Origin: an uncultured Desulfobacter sp.
GTDB taxonomy: Bacteria; Desulfobacterota; Desulfobacteria; Desulfobacterales; Desulfobacteraceae
Length of the DNA: 64,000 bases
Direction: 5' to 3'
Assembly (NCBI GenBank): GCA_963665095.1
Contig: OY762069.1
Span: 5,888,001-5,952,000 of the forward strand
The notes under the pieces were generated by a model, which had not been told where the DNA came from, did not search any database, and saw nothing but the letters and a program-made list of their open reading frames with translations. The position numbers and the translations under genes were made by a program. The stretch's first letter is position 1, and each line of letters starts with the position of its first letter. This document shows positions 18,669 to 28,663 of this stretch, piece by piece.

Positions 18669-19897
18669 TGAAAAACTTTTTTAACAGGCAATACACCATC
18701 CTGGCCCTGCTGTTCATGGTCAGGATGATTCCAACGGTATTTTTTATGATGGCCTTGCCCGTCGTCCTCCGTCTTGAGGGATTTTCCCTGGATGTCATAG
18801 CGCTTTTACAGCTTGCCGGGGTGCCCTATCTTTTAAAATTTGTCTGGGCGCCCCTGCTGGACCGCAACAGCGGTGCCAGGAACCATTACAAACAATGGGT
18901 CTGGTGGTCATGCCTTGGCTGCGGACTGCTGCTGCTGGTATTGGGCACCCTGGATTTAAGGTCCCATTTCCGGTTAGCCGCCACCCTGATCATGGTCATT
19001 TCGGTTATCACCTCCACCCTGGATATTGCCATTAACGCCCTTTACATCAAACTTCTTCCCTTTGAAAAAAGGGGGACTGGATCAAGCACCAAGATGCTGG
19101 GGCTGAACCTGGGCAGTATCCTGGGAAGTGGTTTTTTTCTCCTGGTTTACAACCATTTTGGCTGGCAGGCCTGCATATGGGGCATCGGGGCTGTCATATT
19201 ATGCTGTCTTGGTTTAACACCCCGGCTTGAAGAGGCAGAACAGGCGTTGTTCAAAGAAACCAACACCGTTAGATGGCCGGCCATTTTCTCCTTTTTCAAG
19301 ACAAAGGGCATGGGGCGCTGGACCGCGCTGATCGTTTTAAACTCCCTGGGCCCGGCTGCGGCATTCTTCATGATGAAGCCCTTTCTGGTGGACCGGGGCG
19401 TGGATACGGACGTCATTGCCTTTCTGGTGGGATTCTACGGCATGAGCGTGGCGGCTCTGGCAGCCATGGCCACAGGCAGCCGCCGTTTCCAGAAATACCT
19501 GTTGCAGCGCAGGCGGGCCTATATCAACAGTATTTTTCTCAACGCCGTGGCCGTGGGCCTGTTCGTCCCCATCGTCCGGTCCACTGAGTCAACGGTTTTG
19601 CTTTACCTTGCCGTGGCCCTGCTCAACGCCGCCATTACCCAGGCTTCGGTTGTCAGCGCAACCCTGGTCATGGATTTTTCCCGCAAGGATCTGGCAAGCG
19701 TTGACTATGCCTTGCAAATGACCGGCATTCACATCGGAGGCCTGGCCATGGCCTCTTTGAGCGGCATGGTCGTGGCGGCCATGGGATACTTTCATTTTTT
19801 CCTTGGCCTGGCCCTTTTTTCCCTACTGATGATTTTGGTCAGCATAGGTCTGTTCCGGGGCGACTGGATTTTCTCAGGCGTGCATGATCACTCCTGA
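18668..19897 (+). CDS. MFS permease (AmpG/RhtX/FptX/YbtX-like)
   Basis: LPVVLRLEG, PYLLKFVWAPLLDR, STLDIAINA, ASVDYALQ; TAATG overlap. Confidence 0.88.
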   Translation: MKNFFNRQYTILALLFMVRMIPTVFFMMALPVVLRLEGFSLDVIALLQLAGVPYLLKFVWAPLLDRNSGARNHYKQWVWWSCLGCGLLLLVLGTLDLRSHFRLAATLIMVISVITSTLDIAINALYIKLLPFEKRGTGSSTKMLGLNLGSILGSGFFLLVYNHFGWQACIWGIGAVILCCLGLTPRLEEAEQALFKETNTVRWPAIFSFFKTKGMGRWTALIVLNSLGPAAAFFMMKPFLVDRGVDTDVIAFLVGFYGMSVAALAAMATGSRRFQKYLLQRRRAYINSIFLNAVAVGLFVPIVRSTESTVLLYLAVALLNAAITQASVVSATLVMDFSRKDLASVDYALQMTGIHIGGLAMASLSGMVVAAMGYFHFFLGLALFSLLMILVSIGLFRGDWIFSGVHDHS

Positions 19898-19988
19898 ATT
19901 CAATGAAATATCCGGATTTTAAAAAATCATGGTCAGTCGGATTGGCTTCAGCGCATAAAATTTCACTCTGATCCCAAAATCCCTGCCA

Positions 19989-21761
19989 TCACACTTTGAT
20001 ACACCAATCTTTGCTTCGCTGCTGTGCTTGCCAAAGGTTATTGTATCTACCCTGTTGTGCCAGCAAAGATGCGTGCGTCCCCTGTTCAACCAGAGCTGCG
20101 TTGTCAATCACAAGAATTTGATCTGCGCCTGTAATTGTTGACAGGCGATGTGCGAGAACAATCACGGTTTTGTCTTTGACAAGGGTGTCAATTGCCTTTT
20201 GAACGGCGAGTTCACTCTGGGTGTCCAGAGCTGCCGTGGGCTCATCTAAAATGACAATGGGGGCGTCTTTGAGTATGGCGCGGGCAATGCTGATGCGCTG
20301 GCGTTCACCGCCTGAAAGGCTTGCTCCGATATCACCCGCAATGGTATGGTACCCTTCGGGTAAACGCTGAATAAACCCATGACAACAGGCGGCTTTTGCA
20401 GCCTCTATAACTTGCTCATCTGTTGCATCAGCCTTTGCCATACGGATATTTTCAATAATGGTTTCATCAAAGAGATAAACATCCTGGAAAACAACCGCAA
20501 AATAGCTTTCAAGCTCTTCCTGACGTATTTGGCGGATATCGGTTCCGCCGATCATGATCGAACCTGTCTGGGGATCTGCATAACGCATCATGAGCCTGGT
20601 AATCGTGGTCTTGCCTGATCCTGATGGCCCCACGACGGCAGTCATGGCCTGTCCGGGTATTTTGATGGTACATTTTTTCAGGGCCTTCGCCTTTTGTCCC
20701 TGGTAGGTGAATTCCACATTGTTGAAAACAATTTCAAAGCTTTTGGCCTTGCTTTGAGGCGTGATCACCTCAAGCGGTGGTGTTTGCATGACGGTTTTGA
20801 CCCGATCAAAACCGGCGTGCATGATATCCAGTGAAGAAGCAACAGCCAGAAACAGCGACAGTGGTTCCATCAACCGTGACACAATGACAAGCAGCGCGGA
20901 TAAGGCAGCGATACTCATTGTCCCGTTTCCGATCCAGATGCTCCCCGATATGGCGATCATGATAAGTGCAAACAGGATCAGCATGTTACCCATGACCAGA
21001 TCGACAATAGTACCCCACACCGAAGCCCGCTGGAGATCTTTAACATGAACAATCCCTGCATGAAGGCGAGTCGCGTTTTTTCCGGTTTGATTCGTGGCGC
21101 GTAAAACGGGAAGCCCCTGGATGTATTCTATGATGTCCGACTCCAGTGTACTGTTGGCTTGTACATTTTGTGTTTTTTCATGAACGCTGCTCTTTCGTTT
21201 TTTGTGGTACAAAGGGATGCCAAGGGGCATGATGATCATCAAAAGCACCGCCATCCGCCAGTCGATGAAAAACATACCGGTAACAACGACAACAGGTGTG
21301 ACAACGATTTCAATAAACATTCCCGAAATCATCCCCAGCATCATAACGCTTTCGTCGACATTACTGGATAAACTGGCGTTAAGGTCTCCGGTCTTGTAAC
21401 TACCCAGAACCTCAAGGGGCATGGTTCGAAGTTTTTTCCCCAGGTTTGCACGCATATTGTGTGTAACGTTTGCCGTGGTCTCTCCATAATCAAAATCATG
21501 GGCAAACCACCGCGCAACAGCGTTAATCAGAACAAATACTGCCATTAAACCAAACCATCCCCAGGCATGCCCTGCATCGAAAACAGGGCAAAAAAGTGCT
21601 GACATGACACCATAGATGCTTAAGTAGGACAAACCCTGCATCGTATACGCCAGGACATAAAAAAGCAGACTGCGATTTAAATCTTTTGCATGGTTACCGG
21701 CAATTATTTTGCCGGTTTCGTAAGTTTCCTTAAACGTGGCATAGGTGGTTGCACCGGACAT
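19989..21761 (-). CDS. ABC transporter ATP-binding/permease (YbtQ-like)
   Basis: IIEYIQGLPVLR, GPSGSGKT, LSGGERQRISIAR, LDEPTAALD. Confidence 0.9.
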   Translation of the reverse strand: MSGATTYATFKETYETGKIIAGNHAKDLNRSLLFYVLAYTMQGLSYLSIYGVMSALFCPVFDAGHAWGWFGLMAVFVLINAVARWFAHDFDYGETTANVTHNMRANLGKKLRTMPLEVLGSYKTGDLNASLSSNVDESVMMLGMISGMFIEIVVTPVVVVTGMFFIDWRMAVLLMIIMPLGIPLYHKKRKSSVHEKTQNVQANSTLESDIIEYIQGLPVLRATNQTGKNATRLHAGIVHVKDLQRASVWGTIVDLVMGNMLILFALIMIAISGSIWIGNGTMSIAALSALLVIVSRLMEPLSLFLAVASSLDIMHAGFDRVKTVMQTPPLEVITPQSKAKSFEIVFNNVEFTYQGQKAKALKKCTIKIPGQAMTAVVGPSGSGKTTITRLMMRYADPQTGSIMIGGTDIRQIRQEELESYFAVVFQDVYLFDETIIENIRMAKADATDEQVIEAAKAACCHGFIQRLPEGYHTIAGDIGASLSGGERQRISIARAILKDAPIVILDEPTAALDTQSELAVQKAIDTLVKDKTVIVLAHRLSTITGADQILVIDNAALVEQGTHASLLAQQGRYNNLWQAQQRSKDWCIKV

Positions 21762-23550
21762 TTTTTACTCCTTTTGCGTGAAGCCCCCAACGTTGTGCTG
21801 CTTCATAATTTGCCCACAAACGGGCATACAGTCCATTGTTCAATACAAGCGCCTCATGGTTGCCCCTTTCAACAATACAGCCCTTATCAAAAACCAGTAT
21901 CTGGTCGACATGGGTGATGGCTGACAGGCGGTGTGCAATAGTGATAACGGTCTTGTTTTTGGTCAGACAGGCAATTGCCTTGATAATTTTTTCTTCGCTT
22001 TCAGGATCTGCAAACGCGGTGGCCTCATCCAGAACAACAACCGGGGCATCCCGCAGGATGGCCCGTGCAATGGTGATCCGCTGCCGCTGGCCGCCGGACA
22101 GGCGCGTTCCCCTGTCGTAGGCCAGGGTGTCATACCCTTTGGGAAGGCTTGTGATAAAGTCGTGGATCTGTGCCGCTTTGGCAGCCTGAACCACCATTTC
22201 ATCCGTGGCGTCGGATTTTGCCATTCTGATATTGTTTGCCAGGGTGTCATGAAAAAGATATGTGTCCTGGAATACAAAGGCGACGGTATTCATCAGATCT
22301 GTATTGCTCATTTGACGGATGTCGATGCCGCCGATGGTAATCGCACCGCCCGTCACATCCCAAAAACGCGGTAAAAGTTTTGCCACCGTACTTTTCCCTG
22401 CGCCGCTGGGGCCCACCAGTGCCGTTGTGGTTCCGGGTTCAACAGCAAAACTTACATCAGCCAGTGCATTCTCATCGCGATTTTCATACCTGAAGGTCAC
22501 CTGGTCAAAACGGACCGTCATCTCCCGGGGAATGAGACCGTGCTCGACAGCCGGCATGGCCGGTATCGCCAGCAGTTCTTCTATGCGATTGGCTGCGGCT
22601 TTGGATTTGCGCAGAAAATTGTTCAGCCACATCAACTGCATAAACGCATCCACCATTCCTGTTGCCAGAAAAAGGGCGGCAATCAGTGCGGGCGGTGATA
22701 ATGTCCCCTGGTTGATGAAAAAAATGCCTCCGGCCAGAACAGCCAGTATGGTCGGCAACGGGGCCAGTATTACAAGGGCTATTCGTGAGGGGGTGCCGTT
22801 GTTTTTCATCCACTGGATGTAAACCTGCCTGTATTGGTCCAGGGCGTTAAGATACCGTTTGAAAGAACTTGTTCCGCCATCAAAGGTGCGCACCACCGGC
22901 ATGGCCTGGATGAATTCAATCACGGACGCATTGATCCGGTCCTGGCTTTTTTCAAACTTTTCCTGCATGGTTTTGCTGTCACGCATGGCGATACGCATAG
23001 CAACCATGCCAATGAGCATCACACCCAGTGCAATACAGGCCAGGCGCAGGTCAATGACAAACAAAAGCGTAAGCGTCACAAGCGGGGCCACATACCCGCG
23101 CCCGAAGGTCGGGGTGCTGTCCGCAACAAAGGTGTGCAGATACCTGACATCTTCGAGCATCACCTTTTTAAGCGCGCCTGTTCCGGTGGTGATAATGAAC
23201 CCCAGCGGCAGTTGTGCCAGATGATTTGAAAGGCGTGTACGAAGGTCTTCTTCCAGATAAAAAGCACCTATATGCGAAATCCCGAAGCCGGTCATGGTAA
23301 AGCAGAACGCCATAACTCCAAAAACACCCACGCCGGCCAGCGCCCAGGTTGTCGTCCATGATATACCGCAAAAAAGCAGTCCCTGTTTGCCTTCAAGCAG
23401 TACTGCCACAAGAATTGAAAGCATTAAAAGGGTTGCGATGGTGGCCATTGATCCGAGCGCGGCAAGCCCCATCGCGCTGTATATGTATCTGTTAACCGGT
23501 TTTATGATTCGCCATAAAGCCGCGTACCCTTCAAATTTCGGGTCAGACAT
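21730..23550 (-). CDS. ABC transporter ATP-binding/permease (YbtP-like)
   Basis: SHIGAFYLEEDLR, VIEFIQAMPVVRTF, GPSGAGKS, LSGGQRQR, LDEATAFADPE. Confidence 0.9.
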   Translation of the reverse strand: MSDPKFEGYAALWRIIKPVNRYIYSAMGLAALGSMATIATLLMLSILVAVLLEGKQGLLFCGISWTTTWALAGVGVFGVMAFCFTMTGFGISHIGAFYLEEDLRTRLSNHLAQLPLGFIITTGTGALKKVMLEDVRYLHTFVADSTPTFGRGYVAPLVTLTLLFVIDLRLACIALGVMLIGMVAMRIAMRDSKTMQEKFEKSQDRINASVIEFIQAMPVVRTFDGGTSSFKRYLNALDQYRQVYIQWMKNNGTPSRIALVILAPLPTILAVLAGGIFFINQGTLSPPALIAALFLATGMVDAFMQLMWLNNFLRKSKAAANRIEELLAIPAMPAVEHGLIPREMTVRFDQVTFRYENRDENALADVSFAVEPGTTTALVGPSGAGKSTVAKLLPRFWDVTGGAITIGGIDIRQMSNTDLMNTVAFVFQDTYLFHDTLANNIRMAKSDATDEMVVQAAKAAQIHDFITSLPKGYDTLAYDRGTRLSGGQRQRITIARAILRDAPVVVLDEATAFADPESEEKIIKAIACLTKNKTVITIAHRLSAITHVDQILVFDKGCIVERGNHEALVLNNGLYARLWANYEAAQRWGLHAKGVKNVRCNHLCHV

Positions 23551-23565
23551 GATTTCCTCCTTTTG

Positions 23566-24384
23566 TTACTGAGCCATTCTCACATGAACCATTGAACATA
23601 CGCCGAGGATATCAGGGATAGATAAAATTAATTTTGCCTTAAAAGGAATTTTCTTTTTTACGCCCTTATGCATGGGCACTGCACTGATGACTTTTATTCT
23701 TCTGTCCCACTTTTCCATGGATTGCACGGGTTTCAATCCCCAGCCCACGGTAGCAACGCCGCCCATGCCGCCGGATTTTAATACCTTTTTCTTCGCAATT
23801 TTAAGTCCCATGGGAGACAGGGTATCAAAGTAAAAATCGCACGCGCCAAAATAATCTGCCACGGCAATGAAGAAATTTTTGATCTGTTCTTCCTTAAAAT
23901 AGTAAAACACGCCGCCGGCCAATAACAACAGGCCGTCTTTCACACGTATCTGCTCAAACCATTTTGTATCCAGAAATGACAAAGCAATGCTTTTGTGCCT
24001 TTCGTTGTCTTGGAAAAAATGCGTTCTAAGTTCAATAACCTCCGGCAGATCAAGTTCATAAAAGGTGATGCGGCCGTTATCAATACGGCTGAAGGTGGTG
24101 TCCATGCCGCAGCCGATATTGACAATTGAGGCATCCGGGTGGTTTTTAATAAAATCCCGGGCCACCTTGTCGGTATGCAGGCTGCGTGCAACCCACCCAT
24201 GCTGGGACATGGCTTGTGTTTCAGCGATTACCGAAAAGTCATAATCAAGTTTTTCGATAATTTCCACAGCCTTGTTATCAATCAACCGCGGACTGTTTTT
24301 TTGGGTTTCAAAAGCCCTGCCCCATAAGGGAAGCAAAAGTGTTTCCTGAACATCGCCTTGTTTTACAGATATTTCCCCGCTCAT
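23566..24384 (-). CDS. Class I SAM-dependent methyltransferase (leucine carboxyl methyltransferase / TcmP-like family)
   Basis: VQETLLLPLWGRA, IVNIGCGMDT, FYELDLPEVIELR. Confidence 0.85.
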   Translation of the reverse strand: MSGEISVKQGDVQETLLLPLWGRAFETQKNSPRLIDNKAVEIIEKLDYDFSVIAETQAMSQHGWVARSLHTDKVARDFIKNHPDASIVNIGCGMDTTFSRIDNGRITFYELDLPEVIELRTHFFQDNERHKSIALSFLDTKWFEQIRVKDGLLLLAGGVFYYFKEEQIKNFFIAVADYFGACDFYFDTLSPMGLKIAKKKVLKSGGMGGVATVGWGLKPVQSMEKWDRRIKVISAVPMHKGVKKKIPFKAKLILSIPDILGVCSMVHVRMAQ

Positions 24385-24431
24385 ATGTTTTCATCCTGTT
24401 TTCTGATACGTTATTAGTATGGCAACAGCCC

Positions 24432-26591
24432 TTAAAACCTGCATGTTAATGTAACACCAAATGTCTGCGGGTCCCCGGCGCGGGCAAACCACCCCATGGT
24501 ATCAGAGCCAAAAGCGCCGGTTGCATATTCTTCATCAAAAAGGTTCTTGGCCCATAAATAGAGGCTGATATCAACTTCCTTGAATGCTTTTTCATACCCC
24601 ACCCTGGCATTGACCAGGTTGCAGGCGCCTTCTTTCCTCTGGTTTTCCAGGTCATGATAGAAATCCCCCACATGCTGAAGTTCCAATCTGCAAAACAGGG
24701 AAGAGGAGCCGGGCAGGGCGTAGCGATATTGTGCAGCCAGATTCCAATTGAATTCAGGGGCCATCTCCAGTTTATTGCCCTCATAATCTTCTCCGGATTC
24801 CCATTTGCCGTATTCCGCATCGATGTAACCAAAGCCGCCGACAAGTTCGAGACCTGGAAGCGGTCTGACCAGAGCCTCGATTTCAACTCCCTTGCTGGTT
24901 GCCTCGGTGGCATTCTTGAAAAGCGCACTGGTTGCGCCGGTATGAATGAAAACCTGCTTGTCTTCCCAATCAATATAAAAGACAGACATGTTCAGAATAA
25001 CCCGGTTGTCCAGCCAGGCGGTTTTAAGGCCGGCTTCATAGTTCCAGGAAAATTCAGCATCATAGGATACCCCTAAAACAGAGGAATCCAGATCATTAAA
25101 AGAACCGGCAGTGTATCCTTTGGCAACGCTTGCATAGCTCATAACATCCCGGGTGAAGCGATAATCAACGGCGAATTTGGGAAGCCACACCTCAAGTGTC
25201 TTTTCTTTTTCTACTTCAATGGTTCCGGTCCCCATGACATCCGGTGAATTATAGGTGGTTCCCTTAAATTCTTTTTTATCTTTTTCATAACGCAACCCAG
25301 CGGTCAGACCCAGTTTCTCCCATAAAGTATAGGTTGCCTGGCCGAAAAAAGCGTAATTTGTCGTATCGAGTTCGGTCAGCGTAGCAGATTTATATGCAGG
25401 TATTCCGTATGACGGATATCCCTGCCGGTAATCGTAAATCAGATCAACATCAAAATCTTCGTCAAGAAAATAGGCCCCGGCCAGCCACTTGAATACTTTG
25501 GCGCCCTTGGGAGATGCAAAGCGGATTTCCTGGCTCCACTGGTCATGATCCTGCCCATAGTCCGCTCTGTAATTATCTGCCGGCGTGGCGTCCATATCAT
25601 AGGTATTGCTATAGTCCCCATCCCTGTGGGCTGTAATGGAGGTGAAATTGAACACCTTTCCTTCATAATTTACGCTCAACGACTGACCGTTCAAATCGTT
25701 TTCAAGGCTTCCCGGATAGTCCAGGCTTATCTCATGTGTCATTTCACCAATGGGAGCAAAGGCAAAAAAACCGTCCTCACACCGTTCGGCATTGGCGTTC
25801 AGGATAATGTCCCAGGCCGGGGTCGGGGTCCATCTGAGTGTGGCGCGTCCGGACAGATCATCCCGTTGTTCAACGTCATCGGTGCCAAGGTAGGTATTTT
25901 CAAAATATCCGTCTGAAGAATATTGTTTGGCGCTTATGCCGAAAAAAAGTTTATCTTCCACCAGGGGGCCCCTTGCAGCGGCTGAAAACTCCCGGGTATT
26001 ATAATTGCCATAGGTAACCGATGCCTTGCCTTCCCATATATCTCCCGGTTTTTTTGTGATGATTCTTATGACCCCGGCCTCGGTATTCCGGCCGAACAAT
26101 GTTCCCTGGGGCCCTTTGAGCACCTCAATGCGCTCGATATCGGAAAGATCCGTATCATAGGCCATATGCCGGGAATAGGCGACATCATCCACATACAAGC
26201 CCACCGTCGGATTGGGATTCATCCGGTTGTACATGCCGCGTATCACAGGTGACAGTTCCGCATTATTTCCAGCACCACCGATATAAAGGTTGGGCGTGTA
26301 AAACCCTAAATCCTCCATGTCCCGGATTCCTGCGTCCTCAATCTGAATTTCGGACAAGGCCGTGATGCTCGCCGGCACTTCCTGGATATTTTCTTCCCGC
26401 TTCTGCGAGGTAACGATTATGGTCTTAAGTTCATATTTTTCATGGGGGTTTTCCTTTTGCAGGATCTCATGTTTTGATTTTTCTTCATCCGCCACGGCAA
26501 ATGACACCGGACAGAAGTTCAGCATGAGTACAACTGCAACCAGCATATTCATCACACCCGCCTGAACAAAGCTTTTCTGCCTTTTTTTCAC
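24432..26591 (-). CDS. TonB-dependent receptor (FyuA/Psn-like)
   Basis: TIIVTSQKREE, ERIEVLKGPQGTLFGRNTEAGVI, C-terminal Phe; GTG with GGAGG RBS. Confidence 0.93.
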   Translation of the reverse strand: MKKRQKSFVQAGVMNMLVAVVLMLNFCPVSFAVADEEKSKHEILQKENPHEKYELKTIIVTSQKREENIQEVPASITALSEIQIEDAGIRDMEDLGFYTPNLYIGGAGNNAELSPVIRGMYNRMNPNPTVGLYVDDVAYSRHMAYDTDLSDIERIEVLKGPQGTLFGRNTEAGVIRIITKKPGDIWEGKASVTYGNYNTREFSAAARGPLVEDKLFFGISAKQYSSDGYFENTYLGTDDVEQRDDLSGRATLRWTPTPAWDIILNANAERCEDGFFAFAPIGEMTHEISLDYPGSLENDLNGQSLSVNYEGKVFNFTSITAHRDGDYSNTYDMDATPADNYRADYGQDHDQWSQEIRFASPKGAKVFKWLAGAYFLDEDFDVDLIYDYRQGYPSYGIPAYKSATLTELDTTNYAFFGQATYTLWEKLGLTAGLRYEKDKKEFKGTTYNSPDVMGTGTIEVEKEKTLEVWLPKFAVDYRFTRDVMSYASVAKGYTAGSFNDLDSSVLGVSYDAEFSWNYEAGLKTAWLDNRVILNMSVFYIDWEDKQVFIHTGATSALFKNATEATSKGVEIEALVRPLPGLELVGGFGYIDAEYGKWESGEDYEGNKLEMAPEFNWNLAAQYRYALPGSSSLFCRLELQHVGDFYHDLENQRKEGACNLVNARVGYEKAFKEVDISLYLWAKNLFDEEYATGAFGSDTMGWFARAGDPQTFGVTLTCRF

Positions 26592-26659
26592 TGTCTTTCC
26601 TCCTGTATGCGTTGTTGTATATAGGGGCCCAATGGCTATCTATATCCCGCATCCTTTTT

Positions 26660-26693
26660 TTTTACCTGTCATCAAAGACTTTTCAGCTGTCAT
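26660..26693 (-). promoter_or_regulatory. Two direct repeats 21 bp apart, AraC/XylS-type site
   Basis: ATGACAGCTGAAAA and ATGACAGGTAAAAA on minus strand, upstream of TonB receptor 2. Confidence 0.5.
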
Positions 26694-26754
26694 GATGACA
26701 CTTTCTGCAAAAAAGGCCGGAAAGAAGGTGATTCTGATTAGATTAGAGAAATGA

Positions 26755-27795
26755 TCAAAGAAGATGATCTTTGGGGGACGTGCAAAAATGTCTTTTATAA
26801 GCCCTTGTAAAATTTTCCGGGTGTGTGTATCCCACTTCATAGGCGACTTCGGTGACACTCTTGTGTTCGTTCACCAGAAGCTGTCGGGCCCGTTCAAGGC
26901 GAAGTATGCGTAAATGCTCAAACACACTGGTTCCAAAAATTTTTCTGAACCCCTGGTTTAATTTGTTTTTATTGATACCGGCCCTGCGGGCTAACTGTGG
27001 CAGAGATGGCGGATTTTCAAGGTTTTCCCTTAAAAAAAGTTCGGTTTCACGAATTAAATCGGTATCTCGCTTATCAATTGAGACAACCGAAGCGGCTCGT
27101 TTCAAAGCAGGGCCGCTTGACGGGACCATTTTGGGGACAATCAGTTCAAGGGCTTTGGCTTCTAGATACAGACGCTTTAACGCACCCCGGTAGGGGCAGG
27201 TTATAATCTGGTTCAGAATAACATCGGTTTCAGGCGAGCTTTTGGACAGCTCACTGTAAGGTCTTTGAATACCATCTAAAACGCCAAGCAACCCGGCCGG
27301 TGCCTGACGATACTCCTCGCCCATCCAGGTCTTGAGCAACCAGGGATCAATACTGATACCTATGGCACTTACACTTACCCCAACCGGCGGCCTGCAGACA
27401 CATCGCTCACCCGGTAAATAGCCCACCAGCATATGCCCGGGCCTGTTACATATGTTCCGGTGATTCTTTCCGGATTGCAAGGTGTATGTCACGCTTCCCG
27501 ATTGAACATATCCGAAAAAAAGGGAGGCATCGGATTCGGTATATTCAAACCCAAACTCGATATATTCCTTTAACCTGTAGTTCCCAATACCAAGAAGAAG
27601 CCCCGGCCTGAGCTGTATCATGGTTACATGGCCCACGCCAATTTCAGAAGGCCATTTCCGGCAGGTTTCCGAAAAGCTGCAATGATCGCGTATATCATTA
27701 AGTCTGCAATTGTGGTCAAAAAGGGCTTGTGTTCTGATTTGTGATCTTTCTTGTTCAATATCCCTCTTAATTTCAGAACAAGTGTTGTAATTCAT
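26755..27795 (-). CDS. AraC family regulator (PchR/YbtA-like)
   Basis: LYLEAKALEL, PPSLPQLARRAGINKNKLNQGFRKIFGTSV, VAYEVGY; ATG 27795. Confidence 0.92.
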   Translation of the reverse strand: MNYNTCSEIKRDIEQERSQIRTQALFDHNCRLNDIRDHCSFSETCRKWPSEIGVGHVTMIQLRPGLLLGIGNYRLKEYIEFGFEYTESDASLFFGYVQSGSVTYTLQSGKNHRNICNRPGHMLVGYLPGERCVCRPPVGVSVSAIGISIDPWLLKTWMGEEYRQAPAGLLGVLDGIQRPYSELSKSSPETDVILNQIITCPYRGALKRLYLEAKALELIVPKMVPSSGPALKRAASVVSIDKRDTDLIRETELFLRENLENPPSLPQLARRAGINKNKLNQGFRKIFGTSVFEHLRILRLERARQLLVNEHKSVTEVAYEVGYTHPENFTRAYKRHFCTSPKDHLL

Positions 27796-27866
27796 ATAAC
27801 CCCGCCAAAAGTTTAAAGAACAATCTAACCGCAATCCTTTAAAAACATATCATGAAAGTTCCTGCA

Positions 27867-27969
27867 CTGGTTTTTTTTATGAAAGAGATCAATAAGTTGT
27901 TGAGTCCTTTCTGTTTTCGTTGTGGGCCGAAGCCCGGCAATGATATGTCAGGTCGGCCCATGGCCGTTA
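27867..27969 (+). repeat. Conserved hairpin element, copy C
   Basis: CTGGTTTTT..GAAAG..AATAAGTTGTTGAGT..TTTTCGTTGTGGGCCGA..TCGGCCCATGGCCGTTA. Confidence 0.7.
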
Positions 27970-28177
27970 TATAGTGATATTATTAGGTGTGTCAAACATT
28001 ATAATTGATAGAGATCATAAAAAGGCGGGCCGGTCACTGGGGCTGGGGGTGAATATGGGCTCCCACCAACGACGTCATGCCCAATGACCCGCATATTATC
28101 TGGCATGGGGCCGGGATTACGGCGATGTAATCCCGGTTAAGGGAACCGTGCTTGGCGGCGGAAACCACCGTCTCCAG

Positions 28178-28444
28178 GTTGCTGAAAAACTGAATGCCAG
28201 CAACACAGACTCAACCGTGATGACAGCCTTCCACTGACTATAACTGCTCATGGCGTAACATCCTGATATGCCGAGAATAACACCCAGAAGGCCACCGGTC
28301 TGAGACAGCACAATGGATTCGATCAAAAATTGAGACATGGTATTTTTCCCGGTGGCGCCTATGGCCATTCTAAGGCCGATTTCCCGGGTCCGTTCCGTGA
28401 TGGATACCAGCATGATATTCATGATTCCGATTCCCCCCACAAAT
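28178..28444 (-). pseudogene. Fragment of MacB/FtsX-family permease C-terminus
   Basis: [35 protein letters not shown]; both ends missing. Confidence 0.85.
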
Positions 28445-28663
28445 GCTGATTGTTGGGTCGGGTGACCCCAACCAAAACCAAAAAGTAACCAACCCAACCA
28501 AAACTCTTTATACCCCTGGCCGGTTTGGTAAAAAGAGGCCGGTGCTCTAACAAATGTGGTAATTAACTTGATTCGATATGCAATATGTCGTATCTAATAT
28601 TGGATTTAAACACAATATGTGGTGTTCTCATCTAAATTTGAAAATTTGTAAAGGACAACGATA

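Noticed and set aside
11641..28020. Fur boxes at the uptake promoters
   Set aside because: No convincing 19-bp GATAATGAT-type palindrome found by eye
28020..28175. Hairpin-rich stretch with TTAAGGGAA resembling a cobalamin riboswitch start
   Set aside because: Lacks the GGTG-AA-TCC and GCCCCCGC-ACTGT elements; the minus frame reads like a gene fragment ([22 protein letters not shown])
28466..28505. CCAACCAAAA-rich tract
   Set aside because: Short, irregular low-complexity sequence with no assignable role
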